A DNA stretch of 64,000 nucleotides from Myxococcota bacterium (GTDB taxonomy: Bacteria; Myxococcota_A; SURF-8). Positions 8,558-18,514 of the stretch are shown here, one piece after another. A model generated the notes under the pieces. That model worked only from the letters and a program-made list of their open reading frames with translations. It was not told where the DNA came from and searched no databases. Within the stretch, counting starts at the first letter, position 1, and each line of letters opens with the position of its first letter. The position numbers were made by a program, and so were the translations under genes. Where the stretch lies: assembly GCA_963674735.2 (NCBI GenBank), contig CAXXQS010000002.1:1248001-1312000 (forward strand), given 5' to 3'.

Positions 8558-10816
8558 GTGGAGGTGGATGTGAACGGGTTGAACGACAAGAAAACGCAGC
8601 GGCTGATTATGGCCGGACTGCTGGTGATTTCCGTGGTGATTCTCTTCTCGCGCTTGGGCGTTTATCCGCTGCAGATGCAATGGGAGCCCAACTACGGCCA
8701 GGTCGTGCGCGAGATGGTCTGGGGCGAAGGCAACGAGATTACGCCCACCTGCAAGGTCGGGTCCGACGAAGGTGCCGCGCCTGGGACTTTCTGGTCCAAG
8801 CCCATCATGATCTTCTGGCTGGCTTATCCCTTCTATGCCATGTTCGGCGACAGCGAATGGTCGGCGCGCGGTCCCATTGCGGCGCTCGGGGTGATCGTCA
8901 TCCTGTTCACCTACTGGTTTATGTCGCGTTTATACACGCGCCGGGTAGGTGTGTTGGCTTCTCTGCTGTTGCTAACGACCCCTGCTTACTTCCTGATTTC
9001 AAGAGCTTATATGGTCGACTTACCCTTTGTCGGCTTCATGTGGATGGGGGTGGGCTTTCTGCTGCTCGGGGAGAAAGAGGGCCGCGAACGTTGGTACAAC
9101 CTGTTTTTCGTTTTTCTGGGTTTGTCGGCGCTGGCCAAGGGTTTGACCCCGATCATCCTCACCGGTGGGACGGTCTTCTTTTATTGCCTGGTTTCGGGCG
9201 ACTGGGGCTTGCTCAAGCGGATGAAGTTGCATAAGGGGCTCATCATCTTCCTGATCGTCGCCGGTCCCTGGTATATCTACATGTCCAGCAAGTACGGTAT
9301 GCCGTATCTGAAGAAGTTTTTCTGGGACCACCATGTGGAGCGTTCGCTGGGCAAGCTCGACAAGCCCGACGACACCTTCGAGATGTTCGTGCTCTATTTC
9401 TCCATCGGCGTTTTGCCATGGATCACCTTTTTACCGCAGGCCGTGGCGACCATGCTGCCTTGGCGGCGGCGCGAAGCCGACCATCGTCGGCTGGAGCTGT
9501 TCTTCTTTATGGGCTTTCTGGTCACCTTCACCTTTTTCTCGGTGATTTCGACCAAGTTTGTGCACTACATCTTCCCAGCCGTTCCATACACCATGATGTT
9601 GATCGCGCTCTACATCGATCGCTTGTTCACCGAAAACGACCGGGGCGAGCTTAATCGTGTGAGTTTCTTCGCCGCGCTGATGGTGTTGTTGATCATCGCG
9701 CCCGATCTGATCGACATGAAGAACTACCGCACCTTGTTCTACTTCATCACCACCGAGCGCTTGCAGGACTGGCACCCCAATGTGGCCGATCCCAGCTACT
9801 TTTTCTCCATCGTGTTCGCCATCTGGGGGGTGGTGCTGTTCGTTTCCTTTGTGATCCGACGTTTCAACCGCTGGATTTTCGGCGGGTTGTTGGCCTTGTC
9901 GATCGCCTACGCTTTCTACATCAATTTCCAGATGATTCCGACTTTGACCGAAATGTTCTCGGCGCGTTCGATGATGCAAACCTACCTGGCCATGCGAGCC
10001 GGTCCCGACGAGCCTATCGGCGAATTTACGCAAACCTGGAAATCGCGTTCGATCAAGTACGAGATGCCCTTCAAGGAACTGAAGGACACCTACCAGTATC
10101 GTCGCTATCGCATTAACAACAATCTCAACTCGGTGCGGCGTTACTACCAAACCTACAAAGGCAAGCGCGTTTTCATCATCATCGAGCAGAAGCAGAAACA
10201 TTTCGACCGCATCAATGCCTTGTGGCAGGAAGTGTCGGATGGCGAGAAGCTAATCAAGATTTTCGACGACAGCGTGCCGGGCGAGCCGTATCGCTCGGAA
10301 TTCTGGCTGCTTTCCAACCGCGACAACTTCGGGCGGGCCGTCAAATTGACACCGGAGCAGATGATGGCCGAATTGGAGCAGAATGTACGCCGTAAACCCT
10401 TTGACGTACCGCAGAAATTGGAAGTCGATTTCGAAGGCGAGATCGATCTTATGGGTACCGATGCCATTCCGACCAAAATCAAGGCCGGATCGGAATTGAC
10501 CCTCGCCCTGTACTTCAAGGCCAAGCGTAAACCCACGCGCGATTACAAGATTTTCATTCACGCGGAGCGCGCCACCACGTTCCGCCTGCGCGGCGATCAT
10601 GTCCCCGTGAGCGGCCGCTATCCCACCACGCGCTGGAAGGAAGGCGATTACATCAAGGATGTCTATAAGTTGGACATCCCACCCAATACGGCCCCCGGCG
10701 AGTTGGAAATCTTCATCGGTCTCTATCAGGGCAACTATCGCGCCCGGATGGCCGATGTCCCGCAGCGTGACGGCGAGGGCCGCCTGAAAATCGCCACCGT
10801 CGAGGTAACGCTCTAA
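8558..10816 (+). CDS. ArnT/PMT-family (GT-C) glycosyltransferase with C-terminal Ig-like domain
   Basis: Multi-TM; WEPNYG..REM, F.SKP, LAKG, PWY, LPW and K..HYIFP motifs; C-terminal IFIH...DH.P..G.YPTTRWK.G..I.D domain; start uncertain (GTG 8558/8570). Confidence 0.85.
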   Translation: MEVDVNGLNDKKTQRLIMAGLLVISVVILFSRLGVYPLQMQWEPNYGQVVREMVWGEGNEITPTCKVGSDEGAAPGTFWSKPIMIFWLAYPFYAMFGDSEWSARGPIAALGVIVILFTYWFMSRLYTRRVGVLASLLLLTTPAYFLISRAYMVDLPFVGFMWMGVGFLLLGEKEGRERWYNLFFVFLGLSALAKGLTPIILTGGTVFFYCLVSGDWGLLKRMKLHKGLIIFLIVAGPWYIYMSSKYGMPYLKKFFWDHHVERSLGKLDKPDDTFEMFVLYFSIGVLPWITFLPQAVATMLPWRRREADHRRLELFFFMGFLVTFTFFSVISTKFVHYIFPAVPYTMMLIALYIDRLFTENDRGELNRVSFFAALMVLLIIAPDLIDMKNYRTLFYFITTERLQDWHPNVADPSYFFSIVFAIWGVVLFVSFVIRRFNRWIFGGLLALSIAYAFYINFQMIPTLTEMFSARSMMQTYLAMRAGPDEPIGEFTQTWKSRSIKYEMPFKELKDTYQYRRYRINNNLNSVRRYYQTYKGKRVFIIIEQKQKHFDRINALWQEVSDGEKLIKIFDDSVPGEPYRSEFWLLSNRDNFGRAVKLTPEQMMAELEQNVRRKPFDVPQKLEVDFEGEIDLMGTDAIPTKIKAGSELTLALYFKAKRKPTRDYKIFIHAERATTFRLRGDHVPVSGRYPTTRWKEGDYIKDVYKLDIPPNTAPGELEIFIGLYQGNYRARMADVPQRDGEGRLKIATVEVTL

Positions 10817-10829
10817 GGTGAGGAGCCCG

Positions 10830-12323
10830 ATGGACGAGCGTCCGTCCACCCGTGAAACCGCCCGCCGAGCCGGGCGCGGTCTGATCTGGATCAGCGCCGC
10901 CAAGGCCTACTTCATCCTGTCGGGTGTTGCCCTCATTACGTTTTTACCGCAGTTCATCGGCCGTACCGACCAGGAGCGGGCGGAATTGTATGGTGATTTC
11001 ACGGTGGTTATCGGAATTCTGAATCCGTTGACCATGATGATGATCACCGGTGTCCTGCAGGCGGTGAGCCGTTTTGTCTCGGAAGATCCACGGCGCTATC
11101 GGGCCGTTCGTCGGGAATCCACGATTTTACAAGCTATTTTCGGGTTTGTGGTGGCGTCCGGCTTTGCCTTGCTGGCTCCCTGGATCGCCCGCCTGCTGGG
11201 TGATGTCGCCTTGACTCCCTACCTGCAGTCCGCCAGTGTCATTATTCTGTTTTACTCCATCTATGCTGCGCTGGTGGGTGGGTTGAACGGTCTGCGTCGC
11301 TTCGGGACGCAAGCCGTGCTCGATACGGCCTTCGCCACATTGAAAGTCGGCCTGATTCTTACGCTGACGGCCCTCGGCTTTGGTGTGATGGGGGCGGTTG
11401 TGGGGTTTGCCGCGACATCCGGGTTGATGTTGGTGGTTGTGTGGGTGATTTCCTCCCGACGCGCGCAGCCGACGGACGGCGCGGGTGTCGGGTGGCGTCG
11501 GCTGCTGCGTTTCGAAGCTTGGATTATGGGTTTTGCTCTGGCGGCCAACCTGCTGATGAACGCCGATCTGTATGTAGTCAAGGCGCTTGGGCCGGGAGAT
11601 GCCGCCACCGGTATTTACGCGGTAGCGTTGCAGGTGGCGCGTCTGCCTTATATCGCCGTGATTTCCGTCACCTTCGTCGTTTTTCCGCTGGTTTCGGCGG
11701 CCAGCGGCGCAGAAAATCTCATCCGCATGCGCGGTTACATCGAAACGACGGTTCGCTACGTTCTCATTCTGACGGTCTGTCTGGCGGTGACGCTCTCGGC
11801 GGCGGCTGCGGATGTTTTGCGTCTGGCTTTCGCCCCGATCTTTTTCGAGGGCTGGCCGCTGTTGTCGGTTTTGCCGCTGGCCTATGCGGGCTACGCCTTG
11901 ATGATCGTTTTTGCCACCATCCTCACCGGTTCGGGGCGTCCGGTCCAATCGTTGATCCTGGCGGGGGTGACCTTGCTTCTTTCGGTGGTGGCCAATGCTT
12001 TCGCCATTGCACCGTTCGGTTTGTTCGGGGCGGCGGTGGCGACCGCTTCGGCCATGTTGCTTGGGGCGGGCCTCGGTTGGTGCTTGCTGGTCCGATCGTT
12101 CAAGCCGGCCTTTCCCTGGGCAACGTTTGGTCGTCTGGGGTTGGCTTCGCTGGCCGTCTATGCCACATCCGCTTTCTGGCAACCCGAGGCTCGCGGACTG
12201 ATTGTTGCCAAAGGATTGATTTTGTTAACAATTTTCATAGGATTGCTGGTTCTTATGAAAGAATTGAGGGCCGAAGACAGCGCTCGCTTCAAAGCCGTAA
12301 TCAGCCATAAACGATCGGAGTGA
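10830..12323 (+). CDS. Oligosaccharide flippase (MOP/Wzx-like, SpoVB-like)
   Basis: About 14 hydrophobic segments; G.LNG, GAVVG, D...VK, GIYA..L and GAAVAT patterns; ATG after GAGGAG. Confidence 0.82.
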   Translation: MDERPSTRETARRAGRGLIWISAAKAYFILSGVALITFLPQFIGRTDQERAELYGDFTVVIGILNPLTMMMITGVLQAVSRFVSEDPRRYRAVRRESTILQAIFGFVVASGFALLAPWIARLLGDVALTPYLQSASVIILFYSIYAALVGGLNGLRRFGTQAVLDTAFATLKVGLILTLTALGFGVMGAVVGFAATSGLMLVVVWVISSRRAQPTDGAGVGWRRLLRFEAWIMGFALAANLLMNADLYVVKALGPGDAATGIYAVALQVARLPYIAVISVTFVVFPLVSAASGAENLIRMRGYIETTVRYVLILTVCLAVTLSAAAADVLRLAFAPIFFEGWPLLSVLPLAYAGYALMIVFATILTGSGRPVQSLILAGVTLLLSVVANAFAIAPFGLFGAAVATASAMLLGAGLGWCLLVRSFKPAFPWATFGRLGLASLAVYATSAFWQPEARGLIVAKGLILLTIFIGLLVLMKELRAEDSARFKAVISHKRSE

Positions 12324-12376
12324 AACCCTTTCGCATACACCGGGGGCTGAGGACCGACGGAACTGTTGCAAAGAAG

Positions 12377-12405
12377 TTGACACCGCCGATTCCCTTTCTT
12401 ATAGT
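12377..12405 (+). promoter_or_regulatory. Sigma70 promoter for RDD-smc-ftsY
   Basis: TTGACA-N17-TATAGT, near consensus. Confidence 0.7.
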
Positions 12406-12463
12406 GTGGCATCCCAGGGGGGTGATAACACGCACCTCTGGAATGCGAGATTAGGGAATAACC

Positions 12464-13012
12464 ATGATGACGCCAACAAACAGCAATCCCGCTCCGGTGA
12501 GCGATGGGGAAAACGGGGGAGTGCCGGTGAAAAAGGCCGATCTTCTGCAACGGGTGCTGGCGCGCCTGATCGACCTGTTGATTTTCGCCGCTTTTTGCAG
12601 TTTGTATCCCATCGGAATGCTGGCCGGTTTTTTGTATCTGCTCATCGCCGACGGGCTGATGGGCGGGCGTTCGATCGGCAAGCGGATCATCGGTTTGTAT
12701 GTCGTGCAATTCGATACCTACGAGCCTGCCGGATATCGTGAATCGATTATCCGCAATGCCGATATCGCTTTGCTGGGTTTGTTCACGGTGATTCCCCTTC
12801 TCGGACCGATTTTGTTGTTTACGGTCGGACTGATTATCGTGGTGGTGGAAACCTATCTGATCGCCCGTAATGAGTTCGGCCAACGCGCCGGAGATATCCT
12901 GGCCGGGACGGAAGTGATGGAATGGCCCCGGACAATTCCCGGCATGAATCCGTCGCCCCTTCCCGAAGAGGCGGCGAGCCCATCGACCCCCGACAACGAG
13001 GAGAAGGCCTGA
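12464..13012 (+). CDS. RDD family membrane protein
   Basis: RVLARLID, GRSIGKRIIGL, IRN and QRAGDILAGT motifs. Confidence 0.9.
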   Translation: MMTPTNSNPAPVSDGENGGVPVKKADLLQRVLARLIDLLIFAAFCSLYPIGMLAGFLYLLIADGLMGGRSIGKRIIGLYVVQFDTYEPAGYRESIIRNADIALLGLFTVIPLLGPILLFTVGLIIVVVETYLIARNEFGQRAGDILAGTEVMEWPRTIPGMNPSPLPEEAASPSTPDNEEKA

Positions 13013-13042
13013 GGCGGCGGCCGCCGGGCTTTTTGAGGCAAT

Positions 13043-16000
13043 ATGCGAATCAAGCGATTGGACATCAACGGGTTCAAGTCGTTTCCCGACAAAGTGACCC
13101 TCATGTTCGACCAACCCATCGTGGGCGTTGTCGGTCCCAACGGTTGCGGCAAATCGAACATCGTGGACGCCATCCGCTGGGTGATGGGCGAACAAAGCAT
13201 CAAAGCTCTACGCGGCAGCGGACGCGAGGATGTGATTTTTTCCGGTAGCGAATCGCGCGCGCCGTTGGGCGTGGCGGAGGTGACCCTCACCTTCGACAAC
13301 CGCGACAAGCTGGCACCGTCCGAATATGCGGAGTATCCCGAAATCGCCGTTTGTCGCCGTCTCTATCGTGACGGAAGCAGCGATTACCAGATCAACAACG
13401 CCCCCTGCCGTCTGCGCGATATCACCGAACTTTTCCTCGGCACCGGTGCGGGCAACAAAGCCTATTCCATCATCGAGCAGGGCCGCATCAGCCTGATCGT
13501 ATCGGCCAAGCCGGAAGACCGCCGCCTGATGATCGAGGAGGCTGCGGGGATTACCAAGTATCACGCCCGCAAGCGCGAGGCCGAACGCAAAATGGCGGCC
13601 ACGCAGCAGAACCTGACCCGCATCGGCGATATTATCGCCGAGCTGCGCAAACAATTGAACAGCTTGTCGCGTCAAGCCAAAAAGGCCGAGCGTTATCGTG
13701 ATCTGAAAAAACGGCTCAAGGAAATCGATCTGCGTTTTACCGGCCGTGAATACGCCGAGGTGCTCGACGCGATCGAGCAGACCGCGAAAGCCGTGACTGA
13801 ACTGAGCGAGCGTCAGGCTGGTATGGGCGGTAAAATCGTCGCCATGGAAGGCGAAGTGGATGCCCGCAATCTGAAACTGGCCGCGCGCGAGCGAGAACTG
13901 AACGACTGGCAGGAGATCATCCACGGCCTGGATCAGTCGATTCGACTGGATGAACGCAACATCGAAGTCTTCAGCGAGGAGCTTCAGCGTATCAGCGAAC
14001 GCGAAGTGGAGATCGACAACGAACTCGACGGTCTGGATCAGACGCTGAAAGAACAACGTGAACGCGTCACCGATCTGGAAGGCGAGCAGCAACGCGCCTT
14101 GGCCGGGTCGCAGGAAGGTGAGCGTATTCAGAGCGAAGCGGAAGAACGCTATCGTCTATCCGCGCAGGAGTTCGACCGTCAGCAGCAGGAGATCGACCGC
14201 TCGAAACGGGCCATTTTCGAACATATGGCCGCCACCGATCGGGCTCTGCATAAGCTGGAAACGCTTCGCAACCGTCTGACCGACAACACCGAGCGGGCCG
14301 AGCGCAATCGCCGGGAACGCCAGGACGTGGAACGCAAGCTCACCGAATTCGAAACCTCCCGCAAGGACTTCGTCGATGCCTTGGGCGGCTTGCGGCAAAT
14401 GAAATTGAAATTGGAAAGCGCGCGCAACGAAAAAGCCGAAACCTTGGAGCGTGAACGAAACTCCTATCTGGATACGGAAGAACGTTTGACCGCCGAACGC
14501 GACCGCCTCACGGCGAGCCGTTCACGGCTGGACTCCCTCCGCGAGTTGGATGAGGCCTTGGAAGGCTTCGGGGATAGCGTGAAAAAGCTGCTGTCTCCCG
14601 ATGGCGATGGACCGGGCTTCGGCGACGGCGAGGTGGTGGACGCCTTGGCGCGGCTGGTGAAAGTCGATCCCGCCTATGAACGCGCGGTCGGTACGCTTTT
14701 AGGCGAGCGGCTGCAATGGCTGGTGGTGACCGGGCAGGAAGCCGGTCGCAAGGGCGTTGCCTGGTTGAAGAAAAACGACGCGGGTCGGGCGGCTTTCTTG
14801 CCGCAGGACGCGCCGCAGCCGGAGGCGCCGGCCACCTTGGGTGACGGGGCTCTGCCGTTGGCGGAAGTGGTGTCCGCCGCGGGCGTGACCGAGAGCGTAG
14901 TCAAGCGCATGCTTGAAGACGCCTACATGGTGGATGACCTCGATACGGCCTGTCGTCTATGGCGCGAAACCGGCGGGCGCTACCGCTTCGTGACTCCCGA
15001 AGGCGATTTTGTCGATGCGAGCGGTGCCGTGGGCGGCGGATCGGGCGACCAGATCTCTCAAACCCTGCTCAAGCGCCGTCGTGAAATGGAAGAGCTGGAA
15101 GCCGTCGGCCGCGAGCTGGGGCAGGTGTGCGAACGCCTGGCGCGCGAACGTGACGAACGCGTGCAGCTCATTCGTCAACTTGAAGGGCACATCGAGACCG
15201 TTCGGCAAGACAGCCACCGCCAGGAAATGAAAATCCTGGAACAGGAAAAAGACATCAACCGCATCGAGTTCGAACTCGGGCAGTTTCAGCGGCAACTCGA
15301 CAGCCTGGACCGCGAATATGTCGGACTCAAAGACGAAGCCCGGCAATTCGAGCTTGAGCGCGATGAATTGGAAGTAGAGCGCAAAACGGCGCATCAGCGG
15401 CGTGAGGAAAGCGAAGCCGAGCTGAAGGCCATGCAGGAGACCCTCGACGAAAAGGCCACGCAACGCGAGGAGGCATCGCGGCGTTTGACCGAGACGCGCG
15501 TCAAGACGGCCGAGGCTTTGCAACGCCGCCAGCATCTGGAGTCGGATCTGCGCTTGGCGCGGGAACGCGAAACCGATCTGGCCGGACGTTCCGAGCGTCT
15601 GGCTTTCGAACGTCGCCGGGGAGCGGAGCGACGTGAAGAACTGACGCGCGAACTGGCCACCACGCGGGTGCGTTTGGAGGAACTGATCAAGCGTTCCGAG
15701 CGTGAACAGGACAAGCTCAGGGATGCGCGCAACGCTTTGGCGGAAGAACAGGAAACCATTCGCGGTTTCGCCGAGGGCGTGCGTGTTCAGCGCAAAGAAC
15801 TGGATGCGATACGCGCCGAATTGTCTGAAAAACAGATTGCCCAAAAAGAATTGGGCCTGCGTGCCGAACACCTGATCGAGCGCGTGGATGAACGCTACGG
15901 AATCACCCTGCCCACCGAATACACGGAATATCTTGACGACCCGGCTCCAGGTGACGACGAGCGTAGCGAGATGGAAGACATTCGTCTTCGTATCGAGCGC

Positions 16001-16594
16001 ATGGGCGAGGTCAACCTTACCGCCATCGGCGAGCATGACAGTGTTTCAGAACGCTATCAATTCCTGTGTGACCAGGAAGACGATCTGACCCGTTCGATGT
16101 CCATGCTGCAGGAGGCCGTCGATAAAATCAACCGCACCACCCGTAAGCGCTTCAAAGAAACCTTCGACGAAGTAAACACTCGTTTCTCGAAACTCTTCCC
16201 CGAGTTGTTCGGTGGGGGTGAAGCGGAGTTGATGTTTACCGATCCCAATAATTTGTTGCAAACCGGTATCGAAATCGTCGCGCGGCCTCCGGGCAAGAAG
16301 CAGCAGCCCGTCAGCCTGCTATCCGGTGGTGAGAAGGCGCTTACGGCTGTCAGCATGATCTTCGCCATCTTTTTGTATCGGCCTACGCCTTTCTGCTTGT
16401 TGGATGAGGTGGACGCGCCGCTCGATGATGTGAATATCGGCCGCTTTATCGCGACGATCAAGCGTATCTCCAAAACCAGCCAATTCATCTTGATCACCCA
16501 CAACAAGAAAACCATGGAGATTTCCAACACGCTGTACGGGGTCACCATGGAAGAACCCGGCATTTCGAAAATCGTGTCGGTGAACTTGACGTAA
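13043..16594 (+). CDS. smc: Chromosome segregation protein SMC
   Basis: GFKSF, Walker A GPNGCGKSN, coiled coils, hinge, LSGGE and LDEVDAPLD. Confidence 0.98.
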   Translation: MRIKRLDINGFKSFPDKVTLMFDQPIVGVVGPNGCGKSNIVDAIRWVMGEQSIKALRGSGREDVIFSGSESRAPLGVAEVTLTFDNRDKLAPSEYAEYPEIAVCRRLYRDGSSDYQINNAPCRLRDITELFLGTGAGNKAYSIIEQGRISLIVSAKPEDRRLMIEEAAGITKYHARKREAERKMAATQQNLTRIGDIIAELRKQLNSLSRQAKKAERYRDLKKRLKEIDLRFTGREYAEVLDAIEQTAKAVTELSERQAGMGGKIVAMEGEVDARNLKLAARERELNDWQEIIHGLDQSIRLDERNIEVFSEELQRISEREVEIDNELDGLDQTLKEQRERVTDLEGEQQRALAGSQEGERIQSEAEERYRLSAQEFDRQQQEIDRSKRAIFEHMAATDRALHKLETLRNRLTDNTERAERNRRERQDVERKLTEFETSRKDFVDALGGLRQMKLKLESARNEKAETLERERNSYLDTEERLTAERDRLTASRSRLDSLRELDEALEGFGDSVKKLLSPDGDGPGFGDGEVVDALARLVKVDPAYERAVGTLLGERLQWLVVTGQEAGRKGVAWLKKNDAGRAAFLPQDAPQPEAPATLGDGALPLAEVVSAAGVTESVVKRMLEDAYMVDDLDTACRLWRETGGRYRFVTPEGDFVDASGAVGGGSGDQISQTLLKRRREMEELEAVGRELGQVCERLARERDERVQLIRQLEGHIETVRQDSHRQEMKILEQEKDINRIEFELGQFQRQLDSLDREYVGLKDEARQFELERDELEVERKTAHQRREESEAELKAMQETLDEKATQREEASRRLTETRVKTAEALQRRQHLESDLRLARERETDLAGRSERLAFERRRGAERREELTRELATTRVRLEELIKRSEREQDKLRDARNALAEEQETIRGFAEGVRVQRKELDAIRAELSEKQIAQKELGLRAEHLIERVDERYGITLPTEYTEYLDDPAPGDDERSEMEDIRLRIERMGEVNLTAIGEHDSVSERYQFLCDQEDDLTRSMSMLQEAVDKINRTTRKRFKETFDEVNTRFSKLFPELFGGGEAELMFTDPNNLLQTGIEIVARPPGKKQQPVSLLSGGEKALTAVSMIFAIFLYRPTPFCLLDEVDAPLDDVNIGRFIATIKRISKTSQFILITHNKKTMEISNTLYGVTMEEPGISKIVSVNLT

Positions 16595-16607
16595 GGAATT
16601 CGAACGA

Positions 16608-18053
16608 ATGAATGGATTCAATTTCGAGCTTAGTTTAGAGAAGTTTTACCAGCTGGTGGTGACCAACGATGCGGTTTTCTACAGCGTCATCGCGGCCACG
16701 GCGTTGCTGTTGATTCTGTTGATCTGGCGGCTGGCGCGCGTGGGTAAGCCGTTTGACGATTTGGAGGATGAGGCGGATCCGGATCGCGAAAAACGCGATC
16801 GGATGGTCGATCACATGATCGAAGACATCACCCATCAGGCACCTGAGCACGAACGCATCGAAGAACCGCGCATACAACCGGTGCAGCCGACGCCGGAAGA
16901 TCTTGAGAAGCTGCGCCAACGCCGGATGGAAGCGAACACCGACACGGTGGAAGTGCTGCGCACGCTTTCCACGGATTCGGCGGTCAAGGCCTACCAAACC
17001 CGGCCGGTGGGAGAAGCGGAACCGGAGCTGGTTCACCTGCAACAAGCTCCCGTGCCGGATCAGACTCCTCAGCCTGTGCCCGCCGAGACACCGAAACCGG
17101 TCGTCAAGCCGGAACCTACGCCCAAACCCAAGCCGAAGGCGAAAGCGGAGCCCAAGCCGAAAACCCTGGAAGAAGGGCTGGCTAAAACCAAAGGCGGTTT
17201 TATCAATCGTCTCAACAGCTTGGTATTCGGCCGTAAACAGATCGATGATGCCATTTTCGAGGAATTGGAAGAGATTCTGTACGAAGCCGATATCGGTCCC
17301 ACCGCCACGCGCTTGTTCGATAAAGTGGCCGAGCAGGCCAAGCGCAACGAATTGAAAGACCCCGAGCGTATTCGCGAGCTGCTGCGCGAAGAAATCGGCC
17401 TGATTCTGGCCAAGGCCGAGAAACCCTTTGTGTTATCCGATGAAAAGCCCCAGGTGATCCTGATGGTGGGCGTCAACGGCGTGGGTAAAACCACCACTAT
17501 CGGCAAGCTGGCCAAATCGTTTTCCGATCAAGGCAAACGGGTGATGCTGGCCGCGGGTGATACCTTCCGCGCGGCGGCAGTGGAACAATTGGATGTTTGG
17601 GGTAAGCGCGCCGATGTTGACGTGATCAGCGCCAAAGAAGGGGCCAATCCCTCCGGGGTGATCTATTCGGCGGTGGAAGCGGCTAAAGCGCGCGAGGTGG
17701 ATGTGCTGATTGCCGATACCGCCGGGCGATTGCACACCAAGTATAACCTGATGGAAGAACTGCGGAAAATGAAATCCGTTGCGGGGAAGGCCCTGGGGCG
17801 CGAGCCGGACGAGATCTGGTTGGTGCTCGATGCCAATACCGGCCAGAACGCGGTCAATCAGGCGGCCAAATTCCACGAAGCCCTGGGTTTGACGGGACTC
17901 ATCCTCACCAAGCTCGACGGCACGGCCAAGGGCGGTGTGGTCATCGGCATCACCGACCAACTGGAGCTCCCCATTCGCTTCATCGGTATCGGCGAGGCGG
18001 TGGCGGATCTGCGGCCCTTCGTTGCCAAGGAATTTGTGGAAGCACTGTTCTGA
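16608..18053 (+). CDS. ftsY: Signal recognition particle receptor FtsY with N-terminal TM helix
   Basis: GVNGVGKTTT, DTFRAAA, DTAGR and TKLDGTAKGG; follows smc. Confidence 0.97.
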   Translation: MNGFNFELSLEKFYQLVVTNDAVFYSVIAATALLLILLIWRLARVGKPFDDLEDEADPDREKRDRMVDHMIEDITHQAPEHERIEEPRIQPVQPTPEDLEKLRQRRMEANTDTVEVLRTLSTDSAVKAYQTRPVGEAEPELVHLQQAPVPDQTPQPVPAETPKPVVKPEPTPKPKPKAKAEPKPKTLEEGLAKTKGGFINRLNSLVFGRKQIDDAIFEELEEILYEADIGPTATRLFDKVAEQAKRNELKDPERIRELLREEIGLILAKAEKPFVLSDEKPQVILMVGVNGVGKTTTIGKLAKSFSDQGKRVMLAAGDTFRAAAVEQLDVWGKRADVDVISAKEGANPSGVIYSAVEAAKAREVDVLIADTAGRLHTKYNLMEELRKMKSVAGKALGREPDEIWLVLDANTGQNAVNQAAKFHEALGLTGLILTKLDGTAKGGVVIGITDQLELPIRFIGIGEAVADLRPFVAKEFVEALF

Positions 18054-18092
18054 GGGGATCGAGCCGATCTCACCAGTTGCCAGCCATTACAT

Positions 18093-18143
18093 AAAACAAA
18101 CCCGGTGATCCAAGCCAAGCTTCGACACCGGGTCTATTTTTTT
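18093..18143. terminator. Bidirectional intrinsic terminator
   Basis: ACCCGGTG...CACCGGGT stem with A-rich left and T7 right flank, between convergent ftsY and ferredoxin. Confidence 0.7.
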
Positions 18144-18166
18144 GTGTCTTGTGTGCGAGCGGACAC

Positions 18167-18349
18167 TTAGCCCATGGTGATGGCGCCGAGCGGGCACACT
18201 TCGATGCATTCGTTGCACTCGGTGCAAGCTTCGGGATGCACGACGACCGCGACATCGTTCTGGATTTCGTAGCAGTTGGGGTCGCCCGGACACACCGCTT
18301 CGCAGGAACCGCAACCCTCACAGAGGTTTGAATCGACGACAGTAGCCAT
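18167..18349 (-). CDS. 2x[4Fe-4S] ferredoxin (60 aa)
   Basis: CEGCGSCEAVCP and CTECNECIEVCP; AAGGAGG RBS before ATG 18349. Confidence 0.95.
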   Translation of the reverse strand: MATVVDSNLCEGCGSCEAVCPGDPNCYEIQNDVAVVVHPEACTECNECIEVCPLGAITMG

Positions 18350-18514
18350 AAGAGATCCTCCTTGAAAGACCATGCATGTTCATTTCAACCTAGCCTACCA
18401 GTGGTGTCGATACCACCGGAAGGCCGGGGGCGTCAAGTGAAAAGGACAGGTTGACGATATTTTTAATTAGCTGTCAAACCCATCGGGTTCGTGGAAATTC
18501 ATGTTTCAACAACC

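Noticed and set aside
18093-18143. SRP RNA next to ftsY
   Set aside because: No conserved SRP domain IV motif; the hairpin is explained as a bidirectional terminator.
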